The position numbers and the translations under genes are program-made. From Actinomycetota bacterium (GTDB taxonomy: Bacteria > Actinomycetota > Thermoleophilia > BMS3ABIN01), in NCBI GenBank assembly GCA_023489275.1, contig JAMDDD010000006.1, positions 29,504 to 93,503 of the forward strand: a stretch of DNA of 64,000 nt, given 5' to 3'. Shown in pieces: positions 26,497 to 35,523 of this stretch (position 1 is the stretch's first letter; the number at the start of each line of letters is the position of its first letter). The notes below the pieces were generated by a model that worked only from the letters and a program-made list of their open reading frames with translations, was not told the origin of the DNA and searched no databases.

Positions 26497-28683
26497 TCAT
26501 ATTTTTGGATTTAGGTCAACCACCTTGAGTCCAATGCGCTGCTTGCCGCGGTCTTCCTTAATCTCAATCACCTCAACCTCGATTATCTGACCCCGCTTGA
26601 CTACGTCTTCCACTTTAGCTACCCGCTTATCTGACAGGTTCGAGATATGGACGAGGCCGTCGGTCCCCCGCTTCAGCTCGACAAAGGCGCCGAAGTCGGT
26701 GGTTTTGACAACTTTGCCGACATAATGGTCACCCACCTCGACATCCTTGGTGAGGGCGTTGATGCGCGCGATTACTGCTTCGGCGTTGGCGCCTCCGGGG
26801 CTGGTGATGTAAACAGTGCCATCTTCTTCCACGTCAATGTTGACATCAAACTCCTCCACCAAGCCGCGGATGGTCTCGCCGCCCTTGCCGATCAGCGCGC
26901 CGATCTTGTCGGGGTTGATCTGGATCGTCAGGATGCGCGGAGCATACTCGGAGAGCTCCGCCCGCGCCTGCGGCAGGGTCGCCAGCATCTTTCCCAGGAC
27001 AAATTCGCGGCCGCGCCTGGCCTGCTCCAGGGCCGCGGCCATGATGTCCGGGGTGATCCCCTCCTTGATCTTCAGATCCATCTGGATGGCGGTAATCCCG
27101 TTTGCCGAGCCCGCCACTTTAAAGTCCATGTCGCCAAGATGGTCCTCCACGCCGGCGATGTCAGTGAGGATGACGTAGTTGCGGTCCACATCTTCGGAGC
27201 CGCATTCCAGGCAGCGGCGCAGGAAAACGCCAACGGCGCCGCAGGAGCGGCAGGTGCTGTGCACAATCAGTCCGCAGGCGATGCCGCCAACGGGAGATTT
27301 TATCTTGACGCCGGCATCCATCAGCGCCAGGGTTGAACCGCAGGTGCTGGCCATCGAAGAAGAACCGTTGCTTTCCAGGATCTCACTGACCAGGCGGATC
27401 GTATACGGGAACTCCTGTTCGGCCGGGATCATGGGCCGGAGCGCCTTTTCCGCCAGGGCGCCGTGGCCGATGTCGCGGCGCTTGGGGCCGCGCATGAATC
27501 CCGTCTCACCAACGGAGAACGGCGGGAAATTATAGTGATGGATGTAACGCTTGCTCTCTTCCAGGCCGAGCCCGTCAATGCGCTGGTAATCACCGACCGC
27601 CCCCAGGGTAAGCAGCGTCATCGCCTGCGTCTGGCCCCGGGTAAATAGCGCGGAGCCGTGCGTACGCGGCGCGACGCCCACATCGCAGCTGATCTCGCGG
27701 ATCTCTTCAGCGCCGCGGCCATCGGGGCGACGCTTGTCCAGCACGATGCTGCGACGGACGACATCCTTCTCCACCGCTTTGGCCAGCTCCAGGACCTCAC
27801 GGGCCATCTCCTCCGGCGACTCCTCGGTTACAAGCTGATCACGGACCGCAGCCCGGATCTGCTCGATGCGATCGCTGCGCTCCTGCTTGTCGGTGATGCG
27901 ATTGGCTTCTTCCAGCTGCGCCCGGCAGATCGAACCAACCTGCGCCGCCAACTGCTTGTCGGGTTTGTACTCCTCGAACGTCCATTTTTTCTTGCCAGCG
28001 GCCTCCCGGAAGTCCAGTTGCAGCTCGCACAGCCGCCGGATCGGCTCCTGTGCCAGCTGGATGGCCTGCATGACAGTTTCTTCGCTAACTTCGTTACCGC
28101 CAGCCTCCAGCATCAGGATGGAATCCGCGGTGCCGGCGACGACCAGGTCCAGATCACAGGCTTCCTCCTGAAGCTGCGGCAAGGTTGGGTTGATGATCAG
28201 CTCACCGCCCAGCCTGCCGATCCTGACGGCGGCAATCGGTCCCTGGAAGGGAACTTCCGAGATCGTCAGCGCCGCTGAAGCGCCATTAAGCGCGAGGACG
28301 TCATATGCATTTTCCTGGTCGGTGGAGAGGATGGTGGCGATCAGTTGCACCTCATTGGCGAATCCCTTGGGGAAGCGTGGCCGCACCGGCCTGTCAATCA
28401 GCCTCGCGGTCAGAATCGCTTTTTCGCTGGGGCGCGCCTCGCGTTTGATAAAACCGCCCGGTATCTTGCCAGCGGCATACATTCTCTCTTCGATATCAAC
28501 CGTCAGAGGAAAGAAATCAATCCCCTCGCGCGCCTCAGCCCTGGCTGTGGCGGTAACCAGAACCATCGTATCGCCGGAGCGGACCAGCACGGCTCCGCCG
28601 GCCTGCTTGGCCAGGCGGCCGGTTTCCAGCGAAACGGTCTTGCCGCCGATGTCAATGCTCTTCTCTATTATTGAATTATCCAA
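26497..28683 (-). CDS. pnp: Polyribonucleotide nucleotidyltransferase (PNPase), with Cys4 insertion
   Basis: Two RNase PH domains ([20 protein letters not shown]), a KH domain ([10 protein letters not shown]) and an S1 domain ([16 protein letters not shown]). Trimmed to the TTG at 28683, which is preceded by AAGGAG; the ORF is open to 28827. Confidence 0.9.
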   Translation of the reverse strand: [728 protein letters not shown]

Positions 28684-28816
28684 ATCAATGATCTCCTTGA
28701 ATTTTTCCGGGTGAATCCCGGCCTTCGGAAAACGCCGCTTCCTGAGGCCGGCATCCCGGCGAAAGGCGGACAACATTTTCCCCCAATTGCTGACATAAAA
28801 AACTCGCTCCGGCAAG

Positions 28817-28849
28817 AAAAAAGCCACGGGAAAGCGTTGCTCCCGTGGC
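28817..28849 (-). terminator. Rho-independent terminator in the rpsO-pnp spacer
   Basis: The minus strand reads GCCACGGGAgcaacgcttTCCCGTGGC followed by TTTTTT: a 9-bp perfect stem with a U6 tail. Confidence 0.6.
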
Positions 28850-28851
28850 CT

Positions 28852-28928
28852 GCTCTAGGCTTAAGGCTCAAAATCCGTCATCATGGCGAAAAATACCACC
28901 GGCGGATTCTCAGCCTCAGGCCTAGAGC
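28852..28928 (-). promoter_or_regulatory. Long imperfect stem-loop (candidate RNase III / PNPase autoregulatory hairpin)
   Basis: Nested pairings found by hand: GCTCTAGGC/GCCTAGAGC (9 bp), GGCT/AGCC and AATCCG/CGGATT. It lies immediately 5' of the terminator on the rpsO-pnp transcript. Confidence 0.4.
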
Positions 28929-29193
28929 TGCTTTGTTGGGGACACGGTTAGCAGCTTTTGCTAAAGCAGAGTCAGAAAAGCGAATCGTTGGCGGGTCGTT
29001 GAAGACATCAGGCAGGACCAGAACTTGAATCTGCCTCAAAATCACATTCTGCTGCGTCACGTCGCGACGAACAACGTTTGAGTCAGATTTCCGGGATCAG
29101 ACAGAGGCGCAAAGCGGCCGCGTGAGCTTGGATAGCGGTTCCGGCGCGGGGCCAACCGTCAGCCGCCTCCCCACGGTCTTCAGGACCACCCCT

Positions 29194-29463
29194 TTACTTC
29201 CTCAGTCCCAGCTCCTTAACCAGGGCGCGGTACCGTGTCACTTCCTTGTTTTGCAGGTAAGTGAGCAACCGTCGCCTCTTCCCCACCATCTTCAACAACC
29301 CTCTGCGAGAGTGGTGATCCTTTTTATGAGTCTTCAGGTGTTCGGTCAGGCCATTGATGCGCTCTGTCAAAAGTGCTATTTGTACTTCCGGAGAACCCGT
29401 GTCTCCCGCATGGCCGGCAAACTTGCCAATCACCTGATCCTTGTCTTCCTTGCTCAGCGTCAA
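29194..29463 (-). CDS. rpsO: 30S ribosomal protein S15
   Basis: 89-aa ORF with a TTG start after AAGGAGGTGA. The sequence ...[38 protein letters not shown]... is diagnostic of S15. Confidence 0.95.
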   Translation of the reverse strand: MTLSKEDKDQVIGKFAGHAGDTGSPEVQIALLTERINGLTEHLKTHKKDHHSRRGLLKMVGKRRRLLTYLQNKEVTRYRALVKELGLRK

Positions 29464-29638
29464 ACCGTCACCTCCTTACCCGACTTGATGTGGGGAATCA
29501 TACGTTCCGTCAAAGCTTATCATACTTAAGCTGCAAATGGCGAACAGGCGGCCCGCCTGAAAGACATCATTATTGCCTTTATTAATCAGGAAAATTGCCG
29601 ATTTTTATACCCACAACGCGTTACCCAAGGGAGGCGTC

Positions 29639-30736
29639 ATGAGCACCACGATCGATAACGCCGGGACGGCCTCCAGCCGTCTTTCTTTCCGCGATTTCAT
29701 CGGCAGGGACGGACCGGGCCTGCTGCTCTCGGCGGCAATTGCCCTGCCGGCTTATGAGATTTCCCGGTATACCTCGTCGCTCGATCCGCTGGCGACCTCA
29801 TTGATTCTGGGGATCGTCCTCGGCAACGTTCTGGGCCCGGGAGCCGCGATCAAGCCCGGCGTCCGCTTCACGGCATCACTGTTTATCCCGATCGGAATTA
29901 TCCTCTATGGGACCATGCTTCACTTTGACATGCTTTCGGGCCTGCCGGGTTTCGCCATAGCCGCCATTTTGCTGGGCATGGCCACCTTTTACCTGGTCAT
30001 ACTCCTGGGAGGACGGATGCTTAAAGTTGATGCCGGCACCGGGCTGTTGATCGCTTCCGGCTCGGCAATTTGCGGCGCCTCCGCGATTGCCGTGCTTGCT
30101 CCGGTAGCGGGGGCCCATTCCAAGGATACCTCCATGGCGGTGATCGTGATTACCACTGTCGGCCTGACCGGCGCCATTCTCTATCCCCTCATCTGTGATT
30201 TCCTCTCGATGTCCACGATGTCGTATGGATTCTTTTGCGGCTCGACGCTGCAGCAGATCGGTATCGTCAAGCTGGCAGCGTCGCATCTCGGGAGAGAGGC
30301 GGGCAAGATAGCGGTGACGGTCAAGATGGTGAGAATCGCCATGCTGGCGCCGATCATGATGATCCTGGCGCCGGCAGTCTCGCTGGCTTCTGGCAAGGCC
30401 AGAGGAGCAGTTCCGGGGGTGGAAGAACCGCGGGCGCCGGCCCGCTCAATGAGCGTTATGCGCCTGGCGGCAAGGAGAGCCTGGTTCGTACCGGTGTTTG
30501 TGTGCATGGCATTTTTAAGCTCGTTTGTCCAGCCGGTTATGAACGCCGGCCCCGTATTAAGGCCGGTCGCGACCATCACCCTTTCCCTGGCCCTGGCGAG
30601 CATCGGGCTGGCCGTCGACTTTGATTCAATCAAATCAAGCGGCTCCAAGCCCTTGCTGCTCGGCTTTGCCGGCTGGGCAATTGCCGCCGGATTTTTTCTG
30701 TTCGTGACGATGCCCTTGTTCTCGCTGGGAGGCTGA
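29639..30736 (+). CDS. YeiH/UPF0324-family membrane protein (putative sulfate exporter family)
   Basis: Roughly 365-aa polytopic ORF from the ATG at 29639, preceded by GGAGG. The Gly/Ala/Ile-rich TM pattern resembles YeiH; family assignment is from memory. Confidence 0.7.
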   Translation: MSTTIDNAGTASSRLSFRDFIGRDGPGLLLSAAIALPAYEISRYTSSLDPLATSLILGIVLGNVLGPGAAIKPGVRFTASLFIPIGIILYGTMLHFDMLSGLPGFAIAAILLGMATFYLVILLGGRMLKVDAGTGLLIASGSAICGASAIAVLAPVAGAHSKDTSMAVIVITTVGLTGAILYPLICDFLSMSTMSYGFFCGSTLQQIGIVKLAASHLGREAGKIAVTVKMVRIAMLAPIMMILAPAVSLASGKARGAVPGVEEPRAPARSMSVMRLAARRAWFVPVFVCMAFLSSFVQPVMNAGPVLRPVATITLSLALASIGLAVDFDSIKSSGSKPLLLGFAGWAIAAGFFLFVTMPLFSLGG

Positions 30737-30737
30737 A

Positions 30738-32723
30738 ATGAACCGGCACGAGTTCAAACGGAAGAAAAGCATTTTCCGGAAGACGGCGGTCATTTTTGTG
30801 ATCGTGGCGATGGTGCCGATCACCATCCTGGGGCTGCGGGGTTACCATACTTATTCCGAAGAGCTGGGCAAGCTGGTCAACAGCGGCTCCATCTCCCAGG
30901 CGCGAAAGGACGCCCTGTTGCACGATACCGAGGTGCAATCACTGACCTATGCCGGTTACGGGCTCGTGATCGCGCTCGTGCTCGGCTACTTTTTTGCCGC
31001 CAGCGTGGTCCGGCCCATCCGCACCCTCCAGGACGGAGCCAGCCGCATTGGAGAGGGCGACCTGGATTTCCGGGTAGCGACGGATACAGAGGACGAGCTG
31101 GAAGAACTGGCCACCACGATCAACAACATGGCCGTCTCACTCCAGGAGCGCGAGGTGGAGATCAAGAACCGCAGCCGCGATCTTGAAGCTCTGTACGAGA
31201 TTGCTCACTCAATGACCGAATCGCTCGATCCCAATGAGCTGCTTAACAAAGCGCTGGACAGGGCGGTCAAAATCACCGGCTCGCTGATTGGCTGCCTGCT
31301 TTTGGCGGCAGAAGACGGATCGATGAACCCGATCATCTGGCGCGGCGCCGGCAGGGATTTCGGCGGTAAAGACACCAGCGTGTTTGAGTTTGCCGCCGGC
31401 ATGGCCACCGGCTCCGGAGAACCTGTCGTTTTCGATTATCCGGGCCGCGACTTCGGGTTTGATTCGGTCGCCTGCGTGCCGCTGAAATGTGAAGGGAGGC
31501 TGGAGGGAGCTCTCTGCCTGGCTGTGGTCCGGGAAAAATTTTCCCAGCAAGCGCTGCAGCTGCTAACGACGATCGGCAGCGAAGTGGCGGTCGCGATTGA
31601 AAACGCCAGCCTGTTCAAGAAAATGGAGAGGCAGAATCTGGAGCTGGCCCAGGCGACCTCTGAAATCGCCAGCCTGATCGCCCAGGCCGAGTCGCAGGGG
31701 AGCTTCGGCATCAGATACCAGAACCGCAACCTGATCAACTGCTGGGAACACAGGAATTGCCGGCAGGATCATTGTCCGGCATATGGCTCAGAGAATCTGC
31801 GCTGCTGGCAGTTGGCCGGCACCCACTGCGGTGGTGAAATCCAGGGCGTCTTCGCGCAGCAAATCGGCCGCTGCGAGGATTGCGAGGTGTTCCGGCTTGC
31901 CTGCCCCGACAAGATCACGATGCTTGGCGAGACCTTTAACAACATGATGGTGGTGCTGGAGCAAAGGGTGCAGGAACAGGAAGAGCTGCAGCAGCGGCTG
32001 TTCAGTTCGGCAAAACTGGCCGCTATCGGCGAGCTGGCCGCAGGTGTCGCTCACGAAATCAACAACCCGCTGACGGGGATCCTGGGAAACGCCGCCCTGC
32101 TGAAAAACGGGCCGGTGACGGCGGAGAAGCTGGGCAAGCGCCTGGCGGTAATCGAAAGTGAGGCTCTCCGCGCCCGTGACATCGTCCGCAACCTGCTTGA
32201 TTTCGCCCACCAGGGGAGCTACGGGATGAAGGCAAGCCCGGTTTCCGTCAACAGCCTTGTGGAGCACACGATGTTTCTCGTCCGCCATCAAGCGGACCTG
32301 TCTGATATCCGCGTCAGGACGCTGTTTGACGACAGCTTGCCGTCCATCATGGTTGACGCCAACCAGATCAAACAGGTGTTCATGAATATCATGCACAATG
32401 CCGTCCAGGCAATGCCCGGCGGCGGCGAGCTCGACATTGCCACCTTGTTGTTAAAAAGCCGGGACGGGCTCAAGCAGATCGCGGTCCGGTTTTCTGACAC
32501 AGGCCCCGGCATCGAGAAGGAAGAAATGGCCCGCATTTTTAATCCCTTCTATACCACCAAGCAGGCGGGAGAAGGGACCGGCCTGGGCCTGTCGGTTTCG
32601 CAAAGGATTATCTCGGAGCACGGCGGCGAGATCAAGGTCAGGTCGACTCCGGGCTGCGGCTCCACCTTCACGGTGGTGCTGCCGGTTAACGTCTGCGCTT
32701 TGGGTGAGCAGGAAGTAGCGTAA
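30738..32723 (+). CDS. Orphan sensor histidine kinase (TM-HAMP-GAF-Cys/Trp-rich module-HisKA-HATPase)
   Basis: 661-aa ORF. HAMP-like region (RPIRTLQDGASRIGEGDLDF), GAF-like region, H-box AAGVAHEINNPL, and N/G boxes NIMHNAVQAM, DTGPGI, GTGLGLSVS. No response regulator is adjacent. Confidence 0.85.
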   Translation: MNRHEFKRKKSIFRKTAVIFVIVAMVPITILGLRGYHTYSEELGKLVNSGSISQARKDALLHDTEVQSLTYAGYGLVIALVLGYFFAASVVRPIRTLQDGASRIGEGDLDFRVATDTEDELEELATTINNMAVSLQEREVEIKNRSRDLEALYEIAHSMTESLDPNELLNKALDRAVKITGSLIGCLLLAAEDGSMNPIIWRGAGRDFGGKDTSVFEFAAGMATGSGEPVVFDYPGRDFGFDSVACVPLKCEGRLEGALCLAVVREKFSQQALQLLTTIGSEVAVAIENASLFKKMERQNLELAQATSEIASLIAQAESQGSFGIRYQNRNLINCWEHRNCRQDHCPAYGSENLRCWQLAGTHCGGEIQGVFAQQIGRCEDCEVFRLACPDKITMLGETFNNMMVVLEQRVQEQEELQQRLFSSAKLAAIGELAAGVAHEINNPLTGILGNAALLKNGPVTAEKLGKRLAVIESEALRARDIVRNLLDFAHQGSYGMKASPVSVNSLVEHTMFLVRHQADLSDIRVRTLFDDSLPSIMVDANQIKQVFMNIMHNAVQAMPGGGELDIATLLLKSRDGLKQIAVRFSDTGPGIEKEEMARIFNPFYTTKQAGEGTGLGLSVSQRIISEHGGEIKVRSTPGCGSTFTVVLPVNVCALGEQEVA

Positions 32724-32726
32724 AAA

Positions 32727-32761
32727 CAAGTTCAAAGTTTGAAGTTTCTTGTTGCTGGTTT
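32727..32761. repeat. 7-nt periodic tract T10
   Basis: CAAGTTC|AAAGTTT|GAAGTTT|CTTGTTG|CTGGTTT, 3 nt after the kinase stop. It can fold as AACAAG..TTCAAAgTTTGAA..CTTGTT. Confidence 0.75.
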
Positions 32762-32851
32762 TGTGACTCACAGGTAAAGCGGGGTTTAATGAAATCCGAG
32801 ATTAGGAAAATTGAGACAGGCTCCGCGCCGCCGATTCATGTTTTTTCGTTT

Positions 32852-33829
32852 CTATATCTGGCTGCTGGGTGGCTTTTTCTGCCTTTTGACGGCAAAGCCT
32901 TTGTACCGGCGCGCAGTGGAGATGTCTTTTTTAATCTGTTTGACAAGCTCCGCCGGGCTATCAAACTTCATCTCATCACGCAATCGCTTAAGGAAATCGA
33001 TGCGAACGTTGAATCCGTACAGATTGCGGTCGAAATCAAGGATATGGGCCTCGATCCGCATCTTTTCTTTCACATCCTCGTCATTTGTACAAAAAGTAGG
33101 ATTGTGACCTATATTGACAAGGCAGGCATACGGGTCGGCGCCAATGTAGAGATCGGCCAGATACACGCCACGGCCGGGAAAGATGCAGTCAACCAGCGCC
33201 TCGATGTTGGCGGTGCGGACTCCCAGGGTGCGGCCTCGCTTGTCTCCATGGATGACCTTGCCGTGCGTCGAAGGCGGCCGGCTGAGTATCTTCCTCACTT
33301 CTACCAGGGAACCATCGATCAACAGGTTGCGGATGCGGGTCGAGGAAATGGTGTCGCCGCCAGCCGTCACCAGCGGCTCGGCTGTGACTTTCACCCCATT
33401 TTTTTTGCCGTATTGCCGGAGAAAATCCGTATCGCCGCCGCCCTTGTAGCCAAAATGGAAATTGCTGCCGACGATCACGTGCTCCGCGCCCAGGCTGGAC
33501 GAGAAAAGCAGATCACAAAACTCTGGCGCGGGCAGGCGGGAAAACTCCTTGGTAAACGGGATGATGAGCAGCTCGTCGGCGCCCAGACGGCCGATTAGAT
33601 CGGTCTTGACGTTAAGCGGTGTCAGAATCGGTGGGCATTTGGACGGGGCGATCACGCAGAGCGGATGGGGATGAAATGTGATGATCATGCTGCGGGCGCC
33701 CCGGCCCCGCGCCGCTTTCACCGCGTCGCCGATGATACGCTGATGCCCGACGTGCACGCCGTCAAAAGTGCCGATCGCCACGACGCGCTTGCCGGGCGGG
33801 ACTTCTTCAAGCGTCCGGTAGACCCTCAC
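32852..33829 (-). CDS. ribF: Bifunctional riboflavin kinase / FMN adenylyltransferase
   Basis: 325-aa ORF with VAIGTFDGVHVGHQ and a C-terminal riboflavin kinase region (GRTLGVRTANI, ...FDRNLYG...). Follows truB. Confidence 0.9.
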   Translation of the reverse strand: MRVYRTLEEVPPGKRVVAIGTFDGVHVGHQRIIGDAVKAARGRGARSMIITFHPHPLCVIAPSKCPPILTPLNVKTDLIGRLGADELLIIPFTKEFSRLPAPEFCDLLFSSSLGAEHVIVGSNFHFGYKGGGDTDFLRQYGKKNGVKVTAEPLVTAGGDTISSTRIRNLLIDGSLVEVRKILSRPPSTHGKVIHGDKRGRTLGVRTANIEALVDCIFPGRGVYLADLYIGADPYACLVNIGHNPTFCTNDEDVKEKMRIEAHILDFDRNLYGFNVRIDFLKRLRDEMKFDSPAELVKQIKKDISTARRYKGFAVKRQKKPPSSQI

Positions 33830-34713
33830 ACCATCACCACCAGCGGCCGCAACTGCCCGGCGGCAGCCGCGGGCCGGTAGACGGCCACCGTCTCGCCGGC
33901 GCGGGTGAGCACCACCGGCCCGTCCTCGTCACCGTCTATGCATCGCCCGTTAGTCACGGCCGCGGCTTCTTCGGTATTTAGTTCTCTCACGGGTAGGAAA
34001 TATAGCGCACCCACACAGGAAAGAAAAGACGGGTTGGCGCCGGAGAAGAGCGCTTCCGGCCGCATTTCCTGAAGCCGGTCAACCGTAACCGCGCGGGAAA
34101 CCTTGAAGTCTCCCACGGCCTCGCGCCTGAGAGCGGCGGCGTAAGCAGCGGTCCCGAGCGCCGCTCCGATATCCTCGGCCAGCGACCGGATATATGTCCC
34201 TTTCGAGCAAACCACCCGAAGCTGAGCCCGCTGGCTGTCCTCGTCAAATGCAAGCGTCTCGAGGCTGTGCACCTCGACCAGCCTCTCGGGCAGCGTTACC
34301 GCTTCGCCGCGGCGGGCCTTTTTGTACAGCCGCTCTCCGCCCTGCTTCACAGCCGAGTAGGCGGACACCCGCTGGGTGATCCGTCCGCGGAAGGAAGGCA
34401 GCGCCGCGGCCAGGGCAGCCGCGGAAACCCGGCCAGGCACGGGTTCGATGACCCCGTCAATGTCGCCGGTGGTGGATCTGGCTCCGAACTGAACGGTGAC
34501 CACATATTGCTTGACCAGGGGAGCAAGCAGATCGAAGAAACGGGTGGCTCTGCCGATCAGTAACACCACCAATCCGGTAGCAAAAGGATCAAGCGTGCCG
34601 GCGTGCCCAACCCGGCGGATACCCGTCATCCGGCGAACAGACGCCACTATGTCATGAGACGTCATTCCTGTTTCTTTATCAACCAGAAGCGCGCCCGCGG
34701 CAGCCGGCCGCAA
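33826..34713 (-). CDS. truB: tRNA pseudouridine(55) synthase
   Basis: Motifs LLVDKETGMTSHD, GHAGTLDPFATG and YSAVKQGGERLY. The start is uncertain: the ORF is open to 34803, which would overlap rbfA. The TTG at 34713 is proposed. Confidence 0.85.
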   Translation of the reverse strand: MRPAAAGALLVDKETGMTSHDIVASVRRMTGIRRVGHAGTLDPFATGLVVLLIGRATRFFDLLAPLVKQYVVTVQFGARSTTGDIDGVIEPVPGRVSAAALAAALPSFRGRITQRVSAYSAVKQGGERLYKKARRGEAVTLPERLVEVHSLETLAFDEDSQRAQLRVVCSKGTYIRSLAEDIGAALGTAAYAAALRREAVGDFKVSRAVTVDRLQEMRPEALFSGANPSFLSCVGALYFLPVRELNTEEAAAVTNGRCIDGDEDGPVVLTRAGETVAVYRPAAAAGQLRPLVVMV

Positions 34714-34732
34714 GAGGGCGGGGCCGGCCCCG

Positions 34733-35077
34733 TTATTTTTGCTCGATATCCTTGAGAAGTTTTTCAATGTGGAACCCGTAATCAATGCTTTCATCCCTGA
34801 CAAAAGTCAACTGAGGCGTCCGTTTTAGCGACAGCTGCGTGCCGATCAGAGACTGCAGGTAACCGCGGGAACGCTCCAGACCGGCCAGCGTATCCTGTTT
34901 TTCCTTGTCCCCGCCCAGGACACTGACAAAAACGCGAGCCTGCCTCAAATCGGCGGTTGTTTCCACGGAGGTAACGGTGACAAAACCGATGCGGGGATCT
35001 TTCAGTCCTTCGGTAATCGCCTCACTCAAGACTTCGCGGATTGCTTCATTCACGCGTCTCATTCGCTGACCAGCCAA
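34733..35077 (-). CDS. rbfA: Ribosome-binding factor A
   Basis: 114-aa ORF, RMRRVNEAIREVLSEAI...VTVTSVETTADLRQARVFVSV..., the typical RbfA pattern. Confidence 0.9.
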   Translation of the reverse strand: MAGQRMRRVNEAIREVLSEAITEGLKDPRIGFVTVTSVETTADLRQARVFVSVLGGDKEKQDTLAGLERSRGYLQSLIGTQLSLKRTPQLTFVRDESIDYGFHIEKLLKDIEQK

Positions 35078-35103
35078 ACAAACCTCTTTCGTTCACGTAA
35101 ATC

Positions 35104-35523
35104 TTAAACGTTTTCATCCATGCTTTCTTCCCGCCAATGGCCCTCCCCGCCGCCGCCGCCCTCCAGGCTCCACCGGCCGCCACCAGAAGATGGCTCGCCG
35201 TCTACTTTGATGATCTCGCGAAACACTGCCGAAAGCTGAAGATCGCGGCCTTCGATGATGCGGGCGGCCCGGTCAAGCACGCGGTCTGTCTCAGGGTATG
35301 ACATGGAACTGACGGAGACGATCAAACGGGAACGCTGCCAGAGATCATGGTAGCCGACCTCGGCGACAGAAGCCCCCAGCCGGCGGTTGAGAACCGCCCT
35401 TAAGCTGCGGAGATGCTGGCGCTTGTCCTTGAGGGAAGCGTTTCCCGGAAAGTGGATGTCAGCCGCCAAAATCCCGACATAGCCATCAGCCCGGCTTAAC
35501 TTCTTTCGTCTGGTAGAACTCAA
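35104..35523 (-). CDS. DUF503 (YlxP-like) protein
   Basis: GYVGILAADIHFPGNASLKDKRQHLRSL...VAEVGYHDLWQRSRL matches my memory of DUF503. It sits between infB and rbfA as in Bacillus ylxP. The start is unclear (TTG at 35523 proposed). Confidence 0.65.
   Translation of the reverse strand: MSSTRRKKLSRADGYVGILAADIHFPGNASLKDKRQHLRSLRAVLNRRLGASVAEVGYHDLWQRSRLIVSVSSMSYPETDRVLDRAARIIEGRDLQLSAVFREIIKVDGEPSSGGGRWSLEGGGGGEGHWREESMDENV

Noticed and set aside
28851-29193. Possible tmRNA (ssrA) in the rpsO-pnp spacer. The minus strand starts GGGGUGGUCCUGAAGACC and contains GCUUUAGCAAAAGCUGCUAA, which is reminiscent of a tag ending.
   Set aside because: No T-arm GGUUCGAAUCC and no CCA-terminal acceptor at the 3' end. 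No frame gives an ...ALAA-stop tag. The element ends in an intrinsic terminator instead.
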